The notes under the pieces are model-generated. The model made no database searches, was not told where the DNA came from, and saw nothing but the letters and a program-made list of their open reading frames with translations. A program made the position numbers and the translations under genes. A stretch of 64,000 nucleotides of DNA from the NCBI GenBank assembly GCA_010405405.1, contig MU004234.1, positions 2,639,697-2,703,696 of the forward strand. Direction: 5' to 3'. Source of the stretch: Microthyrium microscopicum. Lineage: Eukaryota. This document shows positions 13,128-25,288 of this stretch, piece after piece (the stretch's first letter is position 1; each line of letters starts with the position of its first letter).

Positions 13128-14236
13128 TTCAAGACGAGAAGACCTGTAATTTGCCGCAAGAATGCCCTCAAGGGGCTCTCGTTTGACCTCACAAGTTAAG
13201 TACTAGGTACTCACTATGCATATCATTGATGTAGACATATAGTAGGTATATGGCAAATGCCGAAATGAGCATACATGTGTAACCCCATCCGTGCCGAACA
13301 TTTGATACGCTCTATCTAAAGACTCGTGTAAATGCTTCTGCTTCTTAGATATTGAATGTTGCTCCCGAGAGAAGTTCCAGATTTACTCTACTATACTATG
13401 ATCGCCATTATCAATTGATCCTTCACAAGTCTCAATGTCGAAAGTTAGGACACCCTGATTACCATGGAAGAAGTCTATACACGAGCAGCAATATCACTAC
13501 ATCAAAAGAATATTACTCTCGGCGAGATATCTTCTGTCGACATTGATAATTTGATATCGATCGTCGCGACTTGATTGATGTATGGGTCACTTCCATAGTT
13601 CTCCACGTTGACAATATTTCAAGCGGCATCATCCTCTTCTAGGGCAACCCAAATGAGCTCGGAGTTGGGTCTTGAGGAGACAGAAAGAGGTTCATCGTCA
13701 TCGCAGAAGCTCGTTGGCCAGGTAATGGACGAAACAACTAGTAAGTTCAACCGGTGGATAAATTAACTGGCGTGCTCCCATCGAGTTCGATGGCTCCTAC
13801 ATGATACGCTTTGCTTTTGAGTGCTTTATTTCCTATAAAGGGCGTTTGTACTAGTATAGTTTATCGAACGCAATAGAAAATATAGCATCTTCTGTTTAGT
13901 ACCGTTTATGGAAGCCTTTGAAGTTGATGGGGGCACGCCAATTATTTCGTCCACCGGTTGTAATCTCTCATTTACCACGATGTTTTCTCTATGCGAATAC
14001 GCCCTCATATAGGACATTTGCTTGTTGCTTGTTGCTTGTTGCTTGTTGTCGCTATTATCGCGATGGGATATCTTTTACATCAATCATTACGTAGGAGAAG
14101 TGTGGACATCCTTCTTCTGGCATCAGAGATGAAAATGGCCTAAACAACAACGAGCGCTTGTTATATGAATCTTCAGTTGAATATGAACTGAGGGTCTCCG
14201 GCTATAGTACAATGGGTATATTTTTGCAACCTGGAA

Positions 14237-15200
14237 TCACCATATGCGATTATCCTCCGTACTAGCTTTGTCTTTCCTTGACTTGACACCATGCAAACCA
14301 GGAGTCTTGAAGAACAAACTTGGTGTCTCTCCTGGTGGTACCATATAGCTCAGATAGCCTCGATGAGCAGCATTTCGGTAGTATTCCAGATCCTTTCGAC
14401 CCGTTGGGTCTGGAAGCGCATACTGGCTCTCTTTTGGCGCAGACACTAGGTTTGATATAGGGGTAGGTCGGAATAGTCTTGAATGTACAGGATGTGTAAG
14501 GCCTTGTAAGATGTTCTTCATGGCCGGTATTGTGTAAAATCGCGTTGTGATGGTGCCTCCGACTGCTTCGATTGCCTCGATGGCTTGTGTGGAGGCTCGA
14601 GAAACTATGAGGTGAACGGGAGTCTTGAGAACTTCACGACCCTACATCTTCAAGTTAGCCAAGTTCAAGAGCCTCTGTCGTGAACGTACTCTGGCAAGAA
14701 TCTTGACTCCATCTTTTATACTGCTGATGCAGCCAGAACGCATAAGCTCGACAACGGTTATAGGTCGATTTGGATTTATCCTCCCTTGGTCAATCCACGT
14801 CTGTAAGCGATCGAGATTGACTTCTGCCATGTTTTCAGAGTTCCTGGAAAGATAATAAGCAACGATTCACAACAGTTCAAACGACTACTAACCTGTTGAC
14901 AAATCCTTTGATGCCGGCGACTTTCCACTCAGGAGTTTGACCTCCCTGAAAACCAAATGGCACCTTGCCTCTCGCCTTTTGACCTCCATGACCACGTCCT
15001 GATGTTTTTCCCTTTCCCGATCCTGGGCCCCGACCCCGTATTATCTTCTTGTTGATTGAACCTGGATTGTTCCCGAGTGTGTTGATGATGGAGGCATTGC
15101 GAGCGAAGATGAGTGATAGGATCGTGGGTTGAGGCCTCAGAGTATGTCGCGTAGGGGCCGTACCTAGCAGCGAGGCGTTGACGGGTATTCGACAGGGCAT
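14237..15200 (-). CDS. MRPL10: Mitochondrial large ribosomal subunit protein uL15m (YmL10-like), ~288 aa, 3 exons
   Basis: Exons 15200-14893, 14843-14690 and 14641-14237 total 867 nt. Motifs [64 protein letters not shown]-terminus resembles a presequence. Confidence 0.93.
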
Positions 15201-16812
15201 AGTGAGCGAACACGGCCAGGTAATGAGGCCCAAGAAAGTCTTGATATCAAGATCTCATCAATTTGAAGCTTTAGAAAAGTTGGAGACCATCCGAGCCGAG
15301 GAAAAGCCGACCTGACAGGGTAATCCCTGACCAGCGCGACTGAATAAGCGCGCGCAAGTCATTATGGCTGAGGATTATTTGCTATGAAGTGCTTATTATT
15401 AGTTAGCTCTACATTTCCATTCGGTAAGTTCGGGCGATTCGTATTATTTGGGATGTTTGATCGTATAATAGTTGCTGATGAGAATTGAACACCGGGTTAG
15501 GTACAGCTACTCCGTAGAGTACCTTGAGGCCCAGAGTAGATGTATCATGTAGCCCCATGTATGGACGGATATTGTTCTAAACTTAGCAGCTGGTAAAGTG
15601 CTAACAGGTAGGAACTTAGGAAGGTGCTCTCTACCTTGCATAATCATATCTTGATCCTTGTTTTCCAATGTTTTGATTAATCTGTCAGCTTGGTGAACAG
15701 AAAAATGCAAACTCGATTGATTTGTAGGATCCAACTCGGCAGTCTTGGCTGTGATAATCACTAGCAACACAAGATAACGTGTGTATGATACACTCCCAAT
15801 GATCGAGGAAGATGCGGATGCCGGAGCCTAGAAGACGCGCAATTCGCAACTGAAATTGAAATCCAATGCAAGTCGCTTCAGTACGAATACGGTACGTGCA
15901 CTGCCTACCAGGGGCATCCAATCAGGCAGAGTATATTGAGCCTGTCAGCTGTCTTTTATCCTCAGTCAGCAGTGCTTACCTGATGTATGCTGAATGTAGC
16001 AGGATCTAGCTTCTCTAGGCGAGTTTGTTCTTGCTGCCAAGAGCGGCTATGCCCCATTGGATACTATTGCAACACCAATTCAAGCCTCCAATTCTCTGCT
16101 CCATCCTCAATCTCGACTCCAGAAACCTTTCCCAACCTTATCTTCCTTACAACTGCTCTCCTGGACCCTTTTCGCATCCTACAAATCTCCTTCACGCCAA
16201 TTGCTCTCACAATTAGTCGAAAAGTTACGGATCCAGCACCATCGGATCAAATCCTCGGCACCGAGTCCAGAACAACACCAACTGAGGCTTACTGAGAGCA
16301 GACTACGATCTCGAGCCTGGATTGTTTGCATCACCTGAGCCTTGTTCTCTCTTCTGTTGGTCTGAAGGTCCTCTGACTGGATTGTTCCTGCATCTCGCTT
16401 TATGACCGCTGTCAAATTCTCCCAATCCACATCAATCGATCCCGAGATACCAGGAATTGTCCCCGCTGCTTCCACACACTTTGACGCTGCACACCCCCTC
16501 AGGATCAGCTTCCCCGATTAGCTGTGCCCCCCATCGCATCCACACTCCCACGTTCTCCCATCGTCCGGTTGCTGTACTTACTACTCCGCCCTTGTAAACA
16601 CACATACAACTCTCTTTATCCCTACCACATTCCTGCTGTCACCTCAAACTTACCTCTACCAACTCTGCCGGCCCTTTTTCCAGCGTCTCCACGTCCTCGC
16701 CGTCGTCCTGGCGTCTCTTCTCATACAACGGTAGCAGCAATAGCTGCGGGGACTCGCACCACCTCGCGGCTCTGCCTTTCCTCGTGCGTCGCTAAACCCG
16801 TCACGGCGCAAC

Positions 16813-18759
16813 ATGCGTGATAGACCGCGGCAGAAGAGCCGCTTCCTTGGAGTCTTGGTCTTACTCAGGAACCTTATCGCCGCCGCTTTAATATATGGTC
16901 TCGTGTTTGGCATAATACTTTTACTTAAAGCACCAACGAATGGAGTCAAAGGAAAACTTGGTATACCAAGTGAGCTGGACAAGACTGGACCAGCAGACAT
17001 ATTAAGGACGACAAAGTCAGGCGTTCAGGTCAAATTTGCTGCTTCGAGTTCCAGTGTAACGATCAACCCACATGCAAATGTATTCAACAGGCCGACAAGC
17101 TTAGTTGTTGCGCATGATGACTACTTGGGAGCGCGACCTCATGTGGACACCGAGGCGGATCTGGATATCCTGGTGAATGAATGTAGAGGAACTTATGATG
17201 GCATGGAAAAGGTGAAAAATATATTTGGTTGCATGACGTTTCTGGCAGACGGACAGAAGAAATACTTCAAACTACCACTACTAGAGAATCGCGCTAGCCG
17301 CAGAGATCCCAGGAAATCCGAATATCTCAATTCTGATGGACAAGACAACACTGTGGAGCGATACCCTGAGCCCGAGAAAGCTGAGGTATCTTCGAAAGAC
17401 TTTATAGGAACCTGCCCTGGTCCAATAATACCATATCACACATACTGGTCTGGAACTGGAACTTGGAGGTTAGAGATATTCATCAAGAGCTATCTTTACA
17501 CTCAGAATCTCGCCTGTTCTAGACTACATATATGGATAGACGAAGACAGACACCTAACAGCGGTGGACAAGATGATGAACAAGGACCCTTCATTTGCGCG
17601 ATTCCTACCCTTCATTGAGCGTGGAGATGTTCAACTCAAAAGCTGGACATTCCCCTCTCGAATTGCTCTACCCAAGCATGTGGACAATACAGATGGAATG
17701 GGATACTACAAGAACCCCGGCAAACCAAATACCAAAGGGGAAACAATAGTTGCAGATGGCATCGTGGAAGACTCAGATGGTCAACAGTGGCTGATCCTCT
17801 CTCCAAAGCAAATGACATTCCTCCCACAATCAGTCTCGGATGCAGTTCGTTTTGTTGTTCTTCATTTGTATGGAGGAGTGTTTTTCGAAGTTGACGTTCT
17901 CATGCTTCGAGATATGAGACCACTCCTTCTCCCAGCAAAACACAGCTTTGCTGGTCGATGGGCAGCTTATCCACATCCTGGTGATTTCAACACTGCTGTG
18001 ATGAGTCTTACAGCGAATTCGAGTCTTTCGTCATATCTCATTCGAGGAGGTGTGAGGATGGGGCTAAACTTTCATCCTCGCGTGGTTGGACGCATGGCTT
18101 GGAAGGACGGCCGTGACCAGGAACTCCTTATGCTGGAGACCGCCGCGTTTGATCCCCTTTGGACAGAAGCGACTTGGGGCCGTGATGGTCGCTGCACGGT
18201 ACCATGCCTCAAAGACTACTCCGCAGCTTTCAAAGGAAAAGCCAACGTCATCAAAGAAGAATGGGAATCGTATGATGGCCCATCTGCCCAAACCGTTGAT
18301 ATCAACAACCCACCGACAGCTACCAAGGATAACACTGCTAGATCAAAGCGGCGAGATCAGTCTGCCGAGCAAGCCTTCCCACAAGGTCCAGCAGGAGCAC
18401 AAAGAAGGCTACACCGCCGACAAAATCTCAACGCCCCACCAAGTCCTGAAGCAACAAACTCTTTCACAGCGACTTCTGACGAAGAAGCCGAATTACGTAG
18501 AGCTGGAGCGATAGCCGATTATCAACTGGAGGAGGACAAGTTCCCTCCAAACAACAGAACTATGGAAAACTTTTACAAGGGAGCATGGAGCTATCACGTC
18601 CACAACCAATGGCTAAAACACCCAGAACCTTCCTCCTGGCTTGCCATCATTGAGCACGCCCACGACGGCTTCTTTGCTGGACATCGTACGAACATGTACG
18701 GTGAGGTATGGACCGGGCCACAAGTCAATCCTTACAATTACTGGCCCGAATTTGTATGA
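16813..18759 (+). CDS. Type II membrane glycosyltransferase, GT32/DXD sugar-binding-like, 648 aa
   Basis: N-terminal TM anchor; IIPYHTYWSG; SDAVRFVVLHLYGGVFFEVDVLMLRDMRPL resembles the GT32 SD..R...L..YGG.Y.DxD signature; C-terminal GAWSYHVHNQW. Confidence 0.75.
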   Translation: MRDRPRQKSRFLGVLVLLRNLIAAALIYGLVFGIILLLKAPTNGVKGKLGIPSELDKTGPADILRTTKSGVQVKFAASSSSVTINPHANVFNRPTSLVVAHDDYLGARPHVDTEADLDILVNECRGTYDGMEKVKNIFGCMTFLADGQKKYFKLPLLENRASRRDPRKSEYLNSDGQDNTVERYPEPEKAEVSSKDFIGTCPGPIIPYHTYWSGTGTWRLEIFIKSYLYTQNLACSRLHIWIDEDRHLTAVDKMMNKDPSFARFLPFIERGDVQLKSWTFPSRIALPKHVDNTDGMGYYKNPGKPNTKGETIVADGIVEDSDGQQWLILSPKQMTFLPQSVSDAVRFVVLHLYGGVFFEVDVLMLRDMRPLLLPAKHSFAGRWAAYPHPGDFNTAVMSLTANSSLSSYLIRGGVRMGLNFHPRVVGRMAWKDGRDQELLMLETAAFDPLWTEATWGRDGRCTVPCLKDYSAAFKGKANVIKEEWESYDGPSAQTVDINNPPTATKDNTARSKRRDQSAEQAFPQGPAGAQRRLHRRQNLNAPPSPEATNSFTATSDEEAELRRAGAIADYQLEEDKFPPNNRTMENFYKGAWSYHVHNQWLKHPEPSSWLAIIEHAHDGFFAGHRTNMYGEVWTGPQVNPYNYWPEFV

Positions 18760-19629
18760 AGATTCAAGCAAATTTTGCATAAAAGTTCAGCCTCTCACTT
18801 GGATAATCATGTCCAACGTTCATCATCACGTCACGCCGCCATCCACCACACACAACCCTCATCTGCAATCTAACGATCGTGCCTCACGACTCTTGCATGC
18901 GTTGACATGCACGAATTCCTGTCAACGCTGGCGTTCATGTTTTCATTTCATATCTCTTTTCTGGGAAGGAACTTTTCATTAGGCGTTCTCACGGTCGGGG
19001 GGAAAGCGATGTACCAGATCTCGCTAGTCTTGGATCTGATGTGTTTTTTGTACATATACATAACCTTTTTCATACTGTCTATATTCTTGGGAAGCTTTGC
19101 AGCACTGCAGCTTTATTACCATCATTCGCTTATTGTGTATTTTTGACTGGGGCAGTTTCAGCGGGCTTCTCGTGATTTGAGATTCAGCCGTTTTTTATTT
19201 TAGTTTGGAGAGACGAACCTCTCACCCGGGTGGTTCAGACTTTGATGTCTGCTAAGTATTGTTTGGGGAGATGTTGGATGTGTTGAAGAAGGTTAGAGTA
19301 GCTAGCTGACCTTGATTAAATCAATACTTTATAACATCATTGAATTTGGTATTTTTGTGACACCCTATTGACGAAGTTTATTGAAGCTGTAAACTATGGC
19401 TCCATGGAAGTTTCTGTCCATGACCTAAATAGCAAAGAATACATGTGATGATCAGGCTGAGTGGCAAGGCTGAAGTTAGACACTTCATCCATGGATCGCG
19501 AACGGCTTAAATCGGATGTCGCATAAATTCGACACCACACTTTCAACTTTCTCGCTCAAACACAACTTCGCTAAACTCGTGTTTCCCACACGATCTCTGG
19601 GAGCAACCCTTCCTAATTAATCTGGAACT

Positions 19630-21372
19630 ATGGCCGAGATAAATATCCATCCTATCGCTCCGCCAGTTCTCTCAACTCCAGAAACGCATATTTTTGAAGA
19701 ACCTAGCGCACCCACATATCAGACAGCGCGCGAGCCACTTTCGAAGGAAGAAATACATGCTGTGTATGAAATTCAGAGAACATTAAACGAGATTCAGGAG
19801 GGTAAATGGAGACGGATCGCGCTGCAGTTTGAGGATTCGATGTTGCCGGATGCTGGTCGGGTTTATGATATCTTGAAAGCAAAGCTATCACAGACAACGC
19901 CGAACAGCCAGGAAGACCAACCAAACCAACCGAGCCAACCAGACTTGGAAAACCTTTCTATTCAAGAGCAGGGTCAAGATACATTGCAAGAGCTTAGTCT
20001 GTTCGTGTTGGGCGACACATCCTATGGCGCATGCTGCGTGGATGAAATTGCTGCTGAACATGTGGATGCCCAAGTCGTCGTTCACTACGGTCGAGCATGT
20101 CTCTCACCAACAGCTCGACTGCCGGTCATTTATGTGTATACCACAAAGCCTTTGGATTCCGAGACAGTGGTGCAGACGTTCAAAGACACATACGCCGGCC
20201 GCGAGCAGAAGGTCATCATCGTATCTGACTTACCATACTACTCCCATCAAGACACAATTACCATGAAACTAGAACACGAAGGCTATCAAAACGTCTTTGC
20301 CACAAAAGTACTACACAACCCATCATCTCCAATCCCCAACCGGACCATCCCAGAGGAAGCAGATCTCAACGGTAACATACTAAAAGAGTACGACATATTC
20401 CACATTGGCGAACCACCCGCTGCACTCCTCCTAACCCTCTCGTCCCGCGTATACTCAATCCACATCTACACCCCCTCCACCTCCACACCCAACCGCGCGG
20501 CTCTTCGCGCCTCCACTGCCATCGCGCTACGCAAACGCTACGCACTCATAACATCACTCAGCGCCGTAGGCATCTACGGCATCCTCATCAACACGCTGTC
20601 CGTCGCCAACTACCTACCCATGGTCGAGCACGTCAAAGCGCAGATCAGCGCGGCGGGCAAAAAGCACTATACGTTCGTCGTTGGCAAAGTGAATGCAGCG
20701 AAGATTGCAAACTTTGCGGAGATCGGTGGGTGGGTGGTTATTGGATGTTGGGAGAGCAGTTTGGTGGAGAGCAGTGATTTTTATAGACCGTTGATTACGC
20801 CTTTTGAGTTGCGGTTGGCGTTGTTGAGCGATGAGGAGAGGACGTGGACGGGTGCTTGGAGTAGTGATTTCAATGATGTGTTGAGGACTGCGGTACCTGG
20901 CGCCACTGATACTTCCAATGCCAGCACTATCGCTGCTGCCAGGGCCAACGACACAACCAATGCTACAGATATCACATCACAGTCTAGCATAGAAGACGAA
21001 GATCCAGAAGAATCCGCACCCCCAGAATTCGACCTCCGCACCGGCCGCTACATCTCCCACTCACGCCCCATGCGCGCACCACCTGCCCAGTCCGCACAAG
21101 GCAACACGCCCAATGAGGGAGACGAACCAGGCAGCAATTCACTTGTGGCGCGGCGACCTGGTGAAATCGTACAAATTGGCGGAACGGCGTCGCCAGGCGC
21201 AGAGTTTCTGAGGGCACAGAGGACGTGGCAGGGACTAGGGAGTGACTTTGCGACGGATTTCACGACTGGTTCAGGCGGTGGTGCTGGGGAGGATGAAGGG
21301 GCGGTTGTGGAGGAAGGTAGACGGGGAGTTGCGCGTGGGTATGCGGATGGGATGGATGAGAGGCGACGGTAA
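19630..21372 (+). CDS. DPH2: Diphthamide biosynthesis protein 2, 580 aa, intronless
   Basis: Motifs RIALQF, LGDTSYGACCVDEIAAEHVDAQVVVHYGRACLSPT, VVGKVNAAKIANF, PLITPFEL, RTWQGLGSDF, EEGRRGVARGY. Confidence 0.95.
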   Translation: MAEINIHPIAPPVLSTPETHIFEEPSAPTYQTAREPLSKEEIHAVYEIQRTLNEIQEGKWRRIALQFEDSMLPDAGRVYDILKAKLSQTTPNSQEDQPNQPSQPDLENLSIQEQGQDTLQELSLFVLGDTSYGACCVDEIAAEHVDAQVVVHYGRACLSPTARLPVIYVYTTKPLDSETVVQTFKDTYAGREQKVIIVSDLPYYSHQDTITMKLEHEGYQNVFATKVLHNPSSPIPNRTIPEEADLNGNILKEYDIFHIGEPPAALLLTLSSRVYSIHIYTPSTSTPNRAALRASTAIALRKRYALITSLSAVGIYGILINTLSVANYLPMVEHVKAQISAAGKKHYTFVVGKVNAAKIANFAEIGGWVVIGCWESSLVESSDFYRPLITPFELRLALLSDEERTWTGAWSSDFNDVLRTAVPGATDTSNASTIAAARANDTTNATDITSQSSIEDEDPEESAPPEFDLRTGRYISHSRPMRAPPAQSAQGNTPNEGDEPGSNSLVARRPGEIVQIGGTASPGAEFLRAQRTWQGLGSDFATDFTTGSGGGAGEDEGAVVEEGRRGVARGYADGMDERRR

Positions 21373-22059
21373 TGTATTAGGTAGACTTGTTAGTGGGATT
21401 GTGGACTTCAGGGAGGCGAGTAGTAGAATTAAAAGCGCGCATATCCGTTCTTTTGTGGGTGTTTTTGTTAAGGTGTTGTTTGGATCTTTAGACGGCTCCG
21501 AGGGGTTTGCGTCTTTACTTGATGTAGCCATATGGACAAACGGGGTTTAGTTTACTTAAGTAATTGGCTAAGTCAGTATAATGCCGGTAAGTGATTGGAT
21601 TTAGTGTTGTAATTTAGCTGGTTAGGGCGATGTGCTGTCTCTCACAGTCTCTGAGTCTGACTGAGAGTACATACAGTACTCAACCGCCTGATTGCTGACT
21701 CTTGTTCCTGTTTTTTTTACAATTGTTGCCAGACTATTCGCCTCTCAAAACAATTATTCTGTACTAATAACATCCTCAATCATCCAGACTCGCCAGATTC
21801 TAGAGTTGCTGGAGTGGTACAGGGCCTTGCACAGGCAAAACCGCGCTGTGGCCACCATACACCACCACCACCTCACGCCTCTCACTGTTCGCCCTCTCTC
21901 ACAACCGCAGACTCCTTCTCCGCCGCTGCTGAGACTGCTGAACCATTTGTACTACCTGACTTCTGCTCCCTCCTAACCCAACATCCAACACCACCACAAC
22001 CACCCTCCGACCCTCCCCTTTCTGTCCACATACCATTGCCTCTTCCTTCTCCTTGTCGC

Positions 22060-25000
22060 ATGGTTCCATGCTCACTTAAGCGCGAAAACTGTCTCCGAGG
22101 CCGTGAGCTAGCCGACCGTCTCAGTTTCGACCGTTTATTCCCCAATCCGGCCGTCTCTGCAATGTCAACGCCTGCCGGTCCTGAACTGCCTGTTGTGCCA
22201 GGCTCCTCCTCTCAGCCTACTCACGATCTATGGACTGGCTTACCCATTGCACCCTCCCTCCTGGTGGAGAGCATGCTTCTAACCGCTCACGAGGGCACGC
22301 CCCTTGAGAGAGTCCACGCAAATATCGACGAACTGCCCGCTGAAATAGATACAGCTTCACCCTTTGAACGCATTCTATCGACCTACGAACCCATTCTTCA
22401 GACCCTTCTCGCCTTCCTCCCTACAACGTCCATATTCAATCTCTATCATACCTCCCGATTACTTCGAGACTTTCTAAAAGATTATCCGCTTGCCTGGAGA
22501 TCTCTATCATTCCGCCTTCCGCAACTTAACAATAGCCTCACATCTCCTGGCGTAACGTCACCCGATCTAGAAGAATGGCAGACCAAACAATATGCTCTGG
22601 ACTTGGCTGTCAAACGGGTGTTTGTGCCACTTGCCACCCGCCTTACCAGTCTGGATCTCTGCAATACACCAATTGAGGGCTCTATGCTTGTAGGATCTGT
22701 GTTGGAATTGCGAAAGGAGACTCTGCAACATGTTTCGGTTCGTGGCTGCAAACACGTATCACTCAAGTACCACATTGTACCGTTTCTACATCAATGTAAA
22801 ATCGAAATGAGAGCGTGGGGTGATAAGCGCGCCTTTGCGCTCAAGAGTTTGTACACTTATCGCTGTAGACATCATCGTAGGCGGCCGTACCTACCATCCT
22901 CATTGGCCCGTCGAGATTCGGATTCAGAACCCACCCACGATCTCATCGAACTATGTCATCAATTAGGGATATGGACTGACACGGCTTGGTGTCCGACTCC
23001 TGGGCCACGTTGTCATCGCCGAAAGGACTACCACGGGAACAGGGCCGCTCCAGGGACAATGGAAGTTTGGGTACCTTTCGATCGATTATGGCGCTCTGGC
23101 AATCGTATTGGGCCAGCAGAAGAGCATACACAGCGAAGACCATTAGTCGGTAAACTTTGGGAGGAAGGAGAATGTGGCTATGATGGAGAACCGCTCGGTA
23201 CCAAGGATTCAGCCATATTCGCCGGCGAAGGAAAAGATGTGCCTACACATCAACGGAAGAGCCACCTTACCTTTGTGGATAACATCAAATGCGACCAGTG
23301 TGGTGATCGTATATTGGAACGATGCGAAACCTGCAGTATTAGGATGCATTGCATGGGTTGCAGGAAAACATTATGCGCAAGTTGCGCCTTTAACAGACCA
23401 CTCAAGAAGAAGAAGCGAGGATCTATAGCTCAGTCGGACGTTTCAAGTTCACACGATCCCCAATCGTCTAAGAGTCGAAAGAAGGAAAAGAAGGACAAGT
23501 TTTGGTGGGCTCCTGGATCTACACGATCACCGAATATCATGACAGACATATCAGAGGATCCGGACTCTGACGACGACACTAACCATCGAATCATTCCCCC
23601 TAGACCACAACAACATCCCGGCCCGCTCAAGGTCAAGATGCATTGGTGTTGCTTGGAACCACTCTTTTCAGGAGGTGGAGGCGTTGCTTTTGTTGGGCCC
23701 GGTCTTGGTGGACATGGATCAGAACGTATACGCGCAGTACCGTTACAACAAACTAGAGAGTATATGGACCCGGACTTTGCGCCAATCGAGGCTCTCATGG
23801 ACGAGAACTTTCAGCGTTTCGACAATCAAGTCAATTCAAACATGGACATACTCCCCTACCTCCAACAACAAACCCTCGAACTGCAAGCAAAGACATGTCC
23901 ACGTTGTCTGTGCAACTCCTGCTATTCATCTTTTCGATGGAAGGTAGAATGTAAAGCATGCAAACGAGCAATCTGTAAAGAACACGACTTTCGCGCACTC
24001 AAAGTTCGAAAGTGCGGATATCGAGATCTCACCGAAGAACGCGAGTACGTTCGCAACCCACCAAAGCATGCGCGTGATGATCTTGCACGTGAATCAGAGT
24101 GGCCTCGCGATCTACACATACCGGACTTCCAACCTCCTGTCGAGTCGCCTGGCGAAGCTGCCTCTACTACTGACACGGCCAGCGAGGACGAGCGCCGCAC
24201 GCGCCAGTCCGACGATGTCAACGAGAGCCAAGAGTGGTCTGACGCAGGCAGCACAGCTGAAGGGCCTGGCACACGCGATCCCAGCACAACTCCGCGCGCA
24301 ACTCCATCACCTGCTGCGGATCGATCGAGTAGCGTTGCGTCAAGAGCGGCCGAAGTCGTAGGTCTGGCGCAGGCGATTCAGAATATGGATCTTGTGGAAC
24401 GCGCAGAGTTCATCGCGACAGCGAGACCGCCAGTACGAGGCCGCTCGTTCAGTTTGTCGGAATTGACTGTCGTGGGCAAAGGCAAAGGTCGCTTGATCGT
24501 CCAGCCGCCACAGCCAAAGGAACGCCTACTTTTACCGGGCAATGGCAGCCATCCGGTCCAGTGGAAGGGCTGTGGTGCGTATTACTGCCAGGGGTCGCGC
24601 AGTGTGGGTGATACGAGACCGCGTTGCTTTGCGACTGGGAAGGAGTGTAGTGAGTGTGGCGTTTATGTCTGCCAGGTAAGTTCATTTCCTCACACCTCTT
24701 TTGGTGTTCTCCCTCTTCCCCAAGTATCCCATTTCTAATAGCGATTGTGTCTAGCTCTGTCTTCCAAATCAAACTTTATGCGACTGCTCCTTCTGCGAAT
24801 CAAATTACCACTGCCCAACCTGCACCCTCAAACCCGACATCCAGGCCCAATGCACGCACGAAGCGGAACGTCGCGCTGAGGCTGAGCGGTTAGTGCGCGA
24901 ACAGGAAGAGGCGCTGCAGCGCGCCCAGCAGGAACGAGAGGATCGGAAACAGGCAGATGAGATTCTCAATTGGGGATTTGAGTTTTGGGGAACGTTGGCT

Positions 25001-25288
25001 GTCAATGGTTACGTTGAGGCCGATGGATCGGCAGGTCATGTTGGTGTCCTCTCAGAAGAAGACCGAGTCGCTGCTGTCGCCGCCGTCACCGCCATTGTCG
25101 CCAGAGAAGATGAGACTACTGTTCCTAGCGATACGCAAGATGATGGAACTCTTGGAGAAGATGGCGAGACCACACCGCGAGCAAGCATCACCGTAGACGA
25201 AGTAGACATTGGCGCAGAAACAGAAGTCGACGAGCCGGAAGCGGACGAGGAGACCCAAGTAGTCCCCCCTCCTGCCGCCGCAGCCTAG
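22060..25288 (+). CDS. Uncharacterised F-box-like/LRR-like protein with multiple CxxC clusters, ~1049 aa, 2 exons
   Basis: First in-frame ATG at 22060. Exons 22060-24675 and 24755-25288 (GTAAGT...CTAAT...TCTAG). F-box-like PILQTLLAFLPTTSIFNLYHTSRLLR, LRR-like LTSLDLCNT and LQHVSVRGCKHVSL, many CxxC pairs. Confidence 0.8.

Noticed and set aside
14018..14048. (TTGCTTG)x4 simple repeat
   Set aside because: Ordinary short microsatellite with no further structure.
16402..16812. 39-aa upstream ORF in frame with the glycosyltransferase, as possible readthrough
   Set aside because: Further in-frame TAG stops (16732, 16741) intervene; at most a uORF, and the TSS is unknown.
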